This document shows, piece after piece, positions 56,561 to 64,000 of a DNA stretch of 64,000 bases. The notes beneath the pieces were generated by a model. It had not been told where the DNA came from. It saw only the letters and a program-made list of their open reading frames with translations, and made no database searches. This stretch comes from Candidatus Multivoradales bacterium. Lineage in GTDB: Bacteria > Acidobacteriota > Thermoanaerobaculia > Multivoradales > J023. The position numbers were made by a program, and so were the translations under genes. The stretch is from NCBI GenBank assembly GCA_965248925.1, contig CBDFLE010000005.1, positions 352,001-416,000 of the forward strand, read 5' to 3'. Position 1 is the first letter of the stretch. Each line of letters begins with the position of its first letter.

Positions 56561-58615
56561 TCAGATCAAATCAGCGTCGGTCATCACCTCGACCGTCGCC
56601 GGGCCGTCGTAGGCCAGGGCGCGGTCGATGGCCTTGAGCAGCTGGCCGGTTTCTTCGACGCGAATTCCCAAGCCGCCGCAGGAGGTGACGTAGTCGGCGA
56701 TGTTGGGATTGGTCAAGCCGGTTTGCCACACCGACCAATGGCCGGCTTTCTGCTCTTTGCTGATCTTGCCCAGCTCGTTGTTATTGAGCAGCACATGGGT
56801 AATGTTCATGCCGTGTCGCACGGCGGTGTTGACTTCCCACGGATATTGGCCGAAGCCGCCGTCGCCGGTGACGCAGACGATTGGCCGGTCGGCGAACTGC
56901 CGCCAGAATGCGTCTTTGCTCAGGCGGTGGGCGCGGCTCGCCGCCCAGGCACCCATTGCCGCCGGGTAGCCGAAACCGATCGAGCCCAGATAGCCCGACA
57001 TCAGCACCGCCTGGCGGCCGCTGGCTTCGAAGTAGCGGCCGAAGCTGTAGGTGTTGTTGCCGACGTCGACGGCGATGATCGCGTCGGCCGGGATGCGCCT
57101 GTTCATGGCGTCGAAGACCGCTATCGAGCTGACCCCTTCTGAGGAGGTGTCGCGCAAGCGGCTGCTCTTCTCGGCGCGCCAGATTTGCCAACGCTCGGCA
57201 ATCTCGGATCGCTGGTCGATGGCTGAGTGGTGGCCGCCTACGGCGGCGAGCATCTCCTGGGCGGTCTCGCCGATCTCCCCCCACAGTGGACAGTCGATGG
57301 CGTGGAAGCGGGCCAGCTGGCCGCGGTCGTTGTCGACTTGGATGGTGGGTTTCTTGGGGGTGATGCCGGTGTGGTTGCTGAAGGAAGCGCCGAACACCAG
57401 CAGGGCATCGCACTCGTTCATGAACCAGCTGGCGATCGGCGTGCCGGAGCGGCCGAGCACGCCACCGCCCTGGGGATGGCCGAGGCGGTCGGGCATTTGC
57501 GGATCAGGGCAGTCGCCGAGGATGCCCTTGGCTTTGAAAGTGGTCAGCACCGGGCAACACAGTTCCTCGGCCAGGGCCAGCACCGCCGTCATTTCGAAGC
57601 GGGCACCGTGACCGACGACGATCAGCGGACGCCGGGCGCCGCGCAGCAGCTCAACGGCCGCGGCTAGCTGGTCGGCCGGTGGTCGGATGCGGACATCGCC
57701 CAAGCGGCCTTCACTGCTGCCGGCCTTGGCGTCTGGCGCTGCCGGTTGGGTCTGGGTGTCATCGGGAAAGATAATGTGCGCCACCTGACGTTCGATCAAT
57801 GAGGTCTTGATCGCCAAGCCCATCAGCTCGGCATGGTTCGAGCCCGGCAAGCAGATGTGGCTGAAGGCGGTCACCGCGGAGAAGGCATCTTTGAGCGGCA
57901 GCTCCTGGAAAGCACCCGGTCCGAAGACCTGCTGGGTCACCTGGCCGGTCAGGGCGAGCAAGGGTGCCCGGTCGACCTTGGCATCCCAGCAGCCGGTGTA
58001 GAGGTTGGTGGCACCCGGTCCGGCGATGGTCAGGCAGGCCGCCGGCCGGCCAGTGAGTTTGCCGAAAGCGCTGGCGGCGAAGGCGGCGGCGCCCTCGTGG
58101 CGGATGGCGATGAACTCCAACTCCTCGACCTCACAACGGCGGCGGATGGCATCGGCCAAGCCGAGATTGGAGTGCCCGACCATGCCGAAGACGTGGGTCA
58201 TGCCCCAGCCCACCATGGTCTCGGCCATCACGTCGGTGACGGTCCGCTGATGCTCGCCGATTTCTTCCAGGCCGACGTAAACATCGCCGTTGCGTATCTG
58301 CACCGGATAGGTTGGCACCCCGTCGTCGTAGCCTCCCGGCGGCTTGCCGGTCAGCGGGTCGAAATCCCAACCATGCCAGGGACAGCGCAGATAGCAGTCG
58401 CCCTGATCGTCGCATTCGATCGAACCTTCGCCGAGGGGCCCCCCTTGGTGCGGACAGTGGTTGTCGAGGGCCGACCATTTGCCATTGACATGGGTCAGGC
58501 AGACTTGCAGCACTGAATCCTGCCGGCTGATGCTGACAGTCTTCACCCGGCCGTCGGGCAGATCCTCGACGCGGCCGACCTTGTGCCAAGTGATTTCGAT
58601 GGTGCTTTGGGGCAT
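56561..58615 (-). CDS. Rieske [2Fe-2S]-fused ThDP-dependent pyruvate oxidase-like enzyme
   Basis: CPHQG...CPWHG; IRHEGAAAF, GPGATN, GDGG...LLNN. Confidence 0.9.
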   Translation of the reverse strand: MPQSTIEITWHKVGRVEDLPDGRVKTVSISRQDSVLQVCLTHVNGKWSALDNHCPHQGGPLGEGSIECDDQGDCYLRCPWHGWDFDPLTGKPPGGYDDGVPTYPVQIRNGDVYVGLEEIGEHQRTVTDVMAETMVGWGMTHVFGMVGHSNLGLADAIRRRCEVEELEFIAIRHEGAAAFAASAFGKLTGRPAACLTIAGPGATNLYTGCWDAKVDRAPLLALTGQVTQQVFGPGAFQELPLKDAFSAVTAFSHICLPGSNHAELMGLAIKTSLIERQVAHIIFPDDTQTQPAAPDAKAGSSEGRLGDVRIRPPADQLAAAVELLRGARRPLIVVGHGARFEMTAVLALAEELCCPVLTTFKAKGILGDCPDPQMPDRLGHPQGGGVLGRSGTPIASWFMNECDALLVFGASFSNHTGITPKKPTIQVDNDRGQLARFHAIDCPLWGEIGETAQEMLAAVGGHHSAIDQRSEIAERWQIWRAEKSSRLRDTSSEGVSSIAVFDAMNRRIPADAIIAVDVGNNTYSFGRYFEASGRQAVLMSGYLGSIGFGYPAAMGAWAASRAHRLSKDAFWRQFADRPIVCVTGDGGFGQYPWEVNTAVRHGMNITHVLLNNNELGKISKEQKAGHWSVWQTGLTNPNIADYVTSCGGLGIRVEETGQLLKAIDRALAYDGPATVEVMTDADLI

Positions 58616-58621
58616 GGAAGG

Positions 58622-59926
58622 TTACTCCTGCGAAATGGGCTCGTCCTGGAGGACGCTTTTTCGGACTGGGTGGTCGGCCATCGCGGCTTCGGGAACGGTG
58701 CGATGGGTACGGGTGAAAATGCGGGTCAGGGGCGCCGCGGTCATGCCATGGGCTAGCACGCTGAGCAGGACGGTGAGCATCACCACCTCGACAATCTCTT
58801 CACTGTGCGGCACATGCAGCTCTTCGAGCAGCAGAATGGCGAAGAGGATCGAAGCTAGCCCACGGGGGCCAAACCAGCCGATGTAGAGCTTGGTCGAGCG
58901 GTCGTAGCCCGAGCCGAGCAGGGCCAGCGCCACCGGCAGCATGCGGATCACTGTCAAACTGAGCAGGGCATAGATCCAAGCCGACAGCGGCGCGCTGGCC
59001 AGCGTTGGCCCGGCGATCACCAGGCCAACCAGGAAGAAGGTCACCAACATCAGTAGTTGTGCCTCGGCTTCGGCGAAGTCCCATAGGCAGGAGCAGATCT
59101 CCTTTGAGGTGTTGCCCAACACCAGGCCAGCGACAAAGGTGGCGATGAAGCCATTGCCGCCGATCGCCGAAGCGCCGGTGTAGGCGATCAGCGCGATGGC
59201 CAGCCCGGCGATCTCCTGGTAGGCGTGGCTCATTGCTCGGTGGCGTAGCGCCAAGCCCATGGCGGCGGCCGCCAACATGCCGATCCCCAACCCGGCCAGA
59301 GGGCCGAGGAGGATCTGTTTGGCGACAAAACTAAAGCAATGCAGCGGGGTCATGATCTCTTCGTTGACCATCTGGCCGATGCTGGCCAGTGAGGCGAAGA
59401 TCACCACTAGCGGTACGGCGATGCCATCGTTAAGGCCGCTCTCAGCGCTGAGCCCCTGGCGAATGGGCAAGGGAACCGCCTTGCTCGATACCACCGCTTG
59501 GCCCAGGGCGGCGTCGGTGGGGGCCAGGATGGCGCCGATCAGGGCCATCTCCCAGGGACCCAGACCAGGCACCAGAGGCGCCGCCGCGGCCGCGCCCAGG
59601 GCGACGGTCAAGGGCATGCCGATCGACAGCAAGCGCAGCGGCAGGCCAGCGCCGCGGCGCAGCGCGCCGACATCGATCTGTGCCGCGTCGGTGAACAGCA
59701 CGACAATCAGGGTGAGCTCGCCAAGCAGATGGATCACCGGCTCCAGATGCTTGCCATCGCCAAAGGGAGAGGGGATACCGAACATCTCCAGCACCTGGGG
59801 CGCCAGCAGCATGCCGAAGCCGACGAAGGCCAGTGGCGGGGTGATCACGCCGTGCCCTAGCCGACGCGATAACAAGCCAAAGCCGAAAATCAGAATGGCC
59901 AGCGTGAGCATCGCGGTTTCTTGCAT
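58622..59926 (-). CDS. CPA1-family Na+/H+ antiporter
   Basis: LAPTDAAL, ESGLNDG, GWFGPRGLAS. Confidence 0.92.
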   Translation of the reverse strand: MQETAMLTLAILIFGFGLLSRRLGHGVITPPLAFVGFGMLLAPQVLEMFGIPSPFGDGKHLEPVIHLLGELTLIVVLFTDAAQIDVGALRRGAGLPLRLLSIGMPLTVALGAAAAAPLVPGLGPWEMALIGAILAPTDAALGQAVVSSKAVPLPIRQGLSAESGLNDGIAVPLVVIFASLASIGQMVNEEIMTPLHCFSFVAKQILLGPLAGLGIGMLAAAAMGLALRHRAMSHAYQEIAGLAIALIAYTGASAIGGNGFIATFVAGLVLGNTSKEICSCLWDFAEAEAQLLMLVTFFLVGLVIAGPTLASAPLSAWIYALLSLTVIRMLPVALALLGSGYDRSTKLYIGWFGPRGLASILFAILLLEELHVPHSEEIVEVVMLTVLLSVLAHGMTAAPLTRIFTRTHRTVPEAAMADHPVRKSVLQDEPISQE

Positions 59927-59988
59927 TCGCCCTCCTGGGTGGTTGCGATCAATCTCTTCAAAGTCTCGGGTCGGGCATGGCGACCCGA

Positions 59989-61614
59989 TCAGCCACCAGC
60001 GTAGGACACTCCGGTGAGATCCGCCAATTCTCGTTTCCAGCTGCTCAGGTCATTGATCGAAAAGCCACTCAGGGAGTCGTGGCCACAAGCCCGCGCCAAC
60101 ACTTCGAGCAGCTCGGTGGAAGCAGCAAAGAAGCGAGCCAAGCGCTGCGCCGACGAATCGATCAGCAAGCGGGCGCGCAGGTTTGGCTTCTGGGTGGCGA
60201 TGCCCACTGGACAATTGTTGGTGTTGCAGGCCCGCATGCCGAGGCAGCCGATCGCTTGCAAGGCGGCGTTGGAGAGGGCGATGGCATCGGCGCCGAGGGC
60301 CAGCGCCTTGGCGAAGTCGGCCGGGGTGCGCAGACCGCCGGTGATCACCAAAGTGGTGTCGGGGCTGACCTTATCCAGGTGACGACGGGCGCGCCCCAGA
60401 GCCGGAATGGTCGGCACCGAGATGTTGTCGCGGAAGATCAATGGCGCGGCGCCGGTGCCGCCGCCACGGCCATCGAGAATGATGTAGTCGGCCGAAGCTG
60501 CGAGCGCGAAGTCGATATCGGCCTCGATGTGCTGGGCACTGAGCTTGAAGCCGATCGGAATACCACCAGTTATTTCTCGCACCTGGTCGGCAACTTGCTG
60601 GAAGTCTGCTGGGGTGTGGAGATCGGCGAAGGTGGCCGGGCTGATCGCCGGCGTGCCCTCGGGGATGCCCCGAACTTCGGCGATCACGGCGTCGACTTTC
60701 GTTCCCGGCAGATGGCCGCCGGTGCCGGTCTTGGCCCCCTGGCCGCCCTTGAAATGAAACGCCTGGCACTTCGCCACCTTGTCCAGCGAATAACCGAAGC
60801 GTGCCGAAGCCAGCTCGTAGAAGTAGCGGCTGTTGGCCGCTTGCTCCTGCGGCAGCATGCCCCCTTCGCCCGAGCAGATGCCGGTGCCAGCCAACTCGGC
60901 GCCCTGAGCCAGAGCGGTCTTGGCTTCCGCCGACAGGGCGCCGAAGCTCATGTCGCTGACGAATAGAGGGATGTCGAGGATGAGGGGTTTTGCGGCCCGT
61001 GGGCCGATCACCACCTGGGTGTCTACCGGCTCTTCGTCGAGCAGCGGTTGGGTGGCCATCTGTGCGGTGAGGATCTGCAAGTCGTTCCAGCTCGGCAGAT
61101 CTTGGCTTGGTACGCCCATGGCGCCGCTGGGGCCGTGATGACCGAATATCTTCAGACCGTTCTTAGCCAGCTCCTGAATTAGACCGACATGGGGCTCTTC
61201 GACGGCGCCGTGGTGGTCTTGGTAGAGGCCGAGGTATCCCTCGCGGTCGTAGGCTTGGGGATGAATCTTCGCCCAGGCGGCGATCTCGTTCTCATCCACC
61301 CACACCGTGTCATCATCAATCCAAGCGGTGAATTTCCGCAACACCTCAGAGTCTTTGTATTCACTGACCCCGGTGTCGTAGCGATAGTCCCACCCGTGCA
61401 GGCCGCAAATCAAGTTGTCCCCTTCAACGTGGCCATCAGACATCAGCGCGCCGCGGTGCAGGCAGCGGCCGTAGAGCACCGACACCGCATCGTCGTAGCG
61501 GATGACCACCAGGTCGACATTGGCCACCAGGGCGTAGAGAGGTTGGCGATCGGCCAGCTCAGTCCAGGTGGCGACTTTGGCGGCCGAACGAGCCGCGGGT
61601 TGTCCTTCAGCCAT
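59989..61614 (-). CDS. Rieske-fused FMN-binding glutamate-synthase-family protein (no GATase domain)
   Basis: CLHRG...CGLHG; MSFGALS, GEGG, GQGAK.G.GG.LP, DG.GGGTGAAP, GCLGMRACNTNNCPVG. Confidence 0.9.
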   Translation of the reverse strand: MAEGQPAARSAAKVATWTELADRQPLYALVANVDLVVIRYDDAVSVLYGRCLHRGALMSDGHVEGDNLICGLHGWDYRYDTGVSEYKDSEVLRKFTAWIDDDTVWVDENEIAAWAKIHPQAYDREGYLGLYQDHHGAVEEPHVGLIQELAKNGLKIFGHHGPSGAMGVPSQDLPSWNDLQILTAQMATQPLLDEEPVDTQVVIGPRAAKPLILDIPLFVSDMSFGALSAEAKTALAQGAELAGTGICSGEGGMLPQEQAANSRYFYELASARFGYSLDKVAKCQAFHFKGGQGAKTGTGGHLPGTKVDAVIAEVRGIPEGTPAISPATFADLHTPADFQQVADQVREITGGIPIGFKLSAQHIEADIDFALAASADYIILDGRGGGTGAAPLIFRDNISVPTIPALGRARRHLDKVSPDTTLVITGGLRTPADFAKALALGADAIALSNAALQAIGCLGMRACNTNNCPVGIATQKPNLRARLLIDSSAQRLARFFAASTELLEVLARACGHDSLSGFSINDLSSWKRELADLTGVSYAGG

Positions 61615-61808
61615 CGAGATCCTCCAGCAGTGCGGGTCTTGAGGTGTGTGCCTAGAAGAAGGTACACCGATCTTCATGGTGGCGCAACTAAGTCGAACAG
61701 CTGAGCGGGGTCCATGTGGGTAGTCTGATCGTGGTCTTCGCTACGTCTAGATTCAAGAGAAGGTCCGTGCCGCGGCTAAGAGCGGATGGGTCGAGCAGCC
61801 AACTCGTT

Positions 61809-62663
61809 TCAGTCGATCACTGTGATTCCCAGGCGCCGGCAAACTTCCGGCAGCAGGTTCTCGGCTGCCGCGGTCAGCGAGTGCAGTGCCGGGTGGCCAA
61901 CCTGCGCGCCGCCGGGATCGACCACGTAGAGCGGCACCTGCCGCTGGATTCCGTGTTGCAAGAATAGTTCGGTCACACCGACGGCGAAGGAAGTGCCGAT
62001 AAAGAGGCCCAGATCCATGGTCGCTGCGGCCTCTTGCACCCGATCCCACTGATAGTCCTGGTGCTCGCCGTAGAATTCGTCGAACCACAGCACATGCTGG
62101 CGCAGGGTCGAGCCGCAAGCCGGGCAATTGGGGATGAGCTCGGTAGATGGATTCGCCTGGAAGGCGGCGACATCGAATTCAGAGCGGGGTAGCGACCCTG
62201 CGGGAGCTCCGTAGGGGCAGCCGGGGTGCGGACAGCGGATGCGGTCGGCGCTGCCGTGGACCTTCACCAACTCACGAGAGCCAGCGTCTTCGTGCAGGGT
62301 GTCGACGTTCTGGGTCACCAACACGAACCGTCCCCCGCGAGCCAGCTGCCAACGCTCCAGCGCCGCCAGGGCATAGTGGGCCGGATTGGGCTCGGCGTCG
62401 AGAACCTGGCCGAAGCGGCTCAAATACCAGAGCCAACTCTCCACCGGGTCCTGTTGAAAGAAGCGGAAAGTACCGAGTTCGGTGACATCCTGCTTCCATA
62501 CCGCACCCCGATCACTGCCGCGAAACGTGGCGATACCGCTAGCCAGGCTGACCCCAGCACCGGTAACCACCACCAGATGGCCAGTGCCAAGGTCAGCGAG
62601 GGCCTTGCTCAGGGTTTGACTGTGTCGATCAGGACCCTCTTGATCTGACGATTGCTTCAACAT
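61809..62663 (-). CDS. cobB: Sirtuin (Sir2/CobB) NAD-dependent deacylase
   Basis: TGAGVS..SGI.TFRG, TQNVD, VHGS, CPHPGC...CPAC, GTS. Confidence 0.9.
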   Translation of the reverse strand: MLKQSSDQEGPDRHSQTLSKALADLGTGHLVVVTGAGVSLASGIATFRGSDRGAVWKQDVTELGTFRFFQQDPVESWLWYLSRFGQVLDAEPNPAHYALAALERWQLARGGRFVLVTQNVDTLHEDAGSRELVKVHGSADRIRCPHPGCPYGAPAGSLPRSEFDVAAFQANPSTELIPNCPACGSTLRQHVLWFDEFYGEHQDYQWDRVQEAAATMDLGLFIGTSFAVGVTELFLQHGIQRQVPLYVVDPGGAQVGHPALHSLTAAAENLLPEVCRRLGITVID

Positions 62664-62843
62664 ATCTCGGGTCGCTCCTCAGGCCGACTTTATCGCTTGC
62701 GACGCCTGGGGGGTTGCCGTGGTAGCCCTAGGGAAGGAACTCAAGGGCCTGGTTTACGTACAGACCCTTGTCCCAGCCATGACCCACTGAGGAGCGCTCG
62801 GTTCGAGATCCGCTTGACCAGCCGCTCGCGAAAGTCGAGAACG

Positions 62844-64000
62844 ATGCTTCGAAGCTATCCAACACTCCATACCCTGATCTGCTGCTGGCTGCTCCTCTCC
62901 GGGGCGGCAGCGGCTGATAGTCCCACGCCGCCTAGCATTGCCGCCGTGGCGATCGACACCGAGCTGACCCCGGATGGGGTGCTCGACGAAGCTGCTTGGC
63001 AGCGCGCGCCGGCGAGTTCGGGCTTTGTCCAGCGGCGGCCAGCGGAGGGGGCGGTGGCGACTGAGGACACCGAGTTTCGGGTGCTGTTTAGCTCGACGAC
63101 TCTTTATGTCGGCATTCGGGCCTTTGATCGACAGCCGGAAGCGCTGATTGCCCGCGAGCTACGCCGCGACGGGGCCTTGTTTCGCGACGATGGCCTGGTG
63201 GTGCTGCTCGATACTTTTCACGACCAACGCAACTCCTTCTTCTTCGAGACCAACCCGCTGGGTGCGCGCACCGATTCGCTGATCACCGATGAAGGCAACG
63301 ACGTCAATTTCGAGTGGGATGGAGTGTGGCAGGTCGGCACCCAAGTCGATAGCCAAGGCTGGACCGCCGAGTATGCGATTCCATTCTCCACCTTGCGCTA
63401 CAACCCCGGCGACACCACCTGGGGCCTGCAAATCCGACGTTACATTCGGCACAAGAATGAGATCACTTTCTGGGCGCCCTTGCTGCTCGATGCCAACATT
63501 TTTCGGGTTTCGCTCTTTGGCGACCTGACCGACCTGCGGCCACCCAAACGCGGTCTCGGCCTCGGGATCGAGCCTTTCGTGACCGCTAATATCAGCGAGT
63601 TCGAGGGCGCGCCGCGGGACGAAGAGAGCGATGTTGGGCTCGACATAAAATGGGGGCTAACTCGAAATCTCACCCTCGATCTGACTTACAACACTGACTT
63701 CGCCGAAGTCGAAGCCGACGCTTTGCAAGTCAACTTGACCCGCTTTCCCCTCTTCTTTCCGGAGAAGCGAGACTTCTTTCTCGAGAATGCCGGGGTCTTC
63801 AAATTCGGTCCAGGAGCGCCCCAGCTGGGACTGTTTTTTTCGCGCCGAATCGGCATCGATGGCGGTCGCCAAGTGCCTCTCGACTTGGGGGCACGCTTGA
63901 CTGGGCGGGTCGGTCCTTGGACCCTGGGCCTGCTTGAGGTGCTGACTGAGGATCTTGCCGCCGAAGATGGCGCGGAGGCGGTGCCGAAGACCAGCTGGTC
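62844..64000 (+). CDS. Secreted CBM9-like + DUF5916 protein (3'-truncated by window edge)
   Basis: Signal peptide, DGVLDEAAW, GWTAEYAIPF, NTDFAEVEAD, FPEKRDFFLE, FFSRRIG. Confidence 0.88.
   Translation, partial: MLRSYPTLHTLICCWLLLSGAAAADSPTPPSIAAVAIDTELTPDGVLDEAAWQRAPASSGFVQRRPAEGAVATEDTEFRVLFSSTTLYVGIRAFDRQPEALIARELRRDGALFRDDGLVVLLDTFHDQRNSFFFETNPLGARTDSLITDEGNDVNFEWDGVWQVGTQVDSQGWTAEYAIPFSTLRYNPGDTTWGLQIRRYIRHKNEITFWAPLLLDANIFRVSLFGDLTDLRPPKRGLGLGIEPFVTANISEFEGAPRDEESDVGLDIKWGLTRNLTLDLTYNTDFAEVEADALQVNLTRFPLFFPEKRDFFLENAGVFKFGPGAPQLGLFFSRRIGIDGGRQVPLDLGARLTGRVGPWTLGLLEVLTEDLAAEDGAEAVPKTSW

Noticed and set aside
61809-62663. Sir2-based anti-phage system (Thoeris/DSR)
   Set aside because: Stand-alone zinc-binding CobB-type sirtuin with no defence partner genes

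Overview
High-GC bacterial window. The gene complement (Ser/Thr kinase, SpoIIE phosphatase, DUF5916 protein) is suggestive of an Acidobacteriota-like Gram-negative organism, but this is inference only. The core (14.5-38.9 kb) is an intact, divergently transcribed sulfur-oxidation locus. The + arm carries tusA, dsrE2, a dsrE3-like gene, lbpA, a thioredoxin, a type II-like sHdr cluster (shdrC1-B1-A-H-B3, etfBA, EMO-like membrane oxidoreductase) and a lipoate-assembly cassette (two intact ligases, a second GcvH-like carrier, LipS1, LipS2, an extra radical SAM protein, no lipT); a degenerate ligase homolog lies among the sulfur-relay genes. The - arm carries an ArsR regulator, a FadL-like outer-membrane barrel and a Tat-less molybdoenzyme with a fused FeS-NrfD anchor. 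The two promoters share an operator-like motif. The flanks are decaying accessory DNA: two IS3-family copies with atypical ends, an IS66, a ~293-bp MITE-like element with an IS nested in it, toxin-antitoxin modules and several pseudogenes. The right end has a Rieske-GltB-like / antiporter / Rieske-ThDP oxidase operon, a sirtuin and a partial DUF5916 gene. No rRNA, tRNA or CRISPR array was seen.
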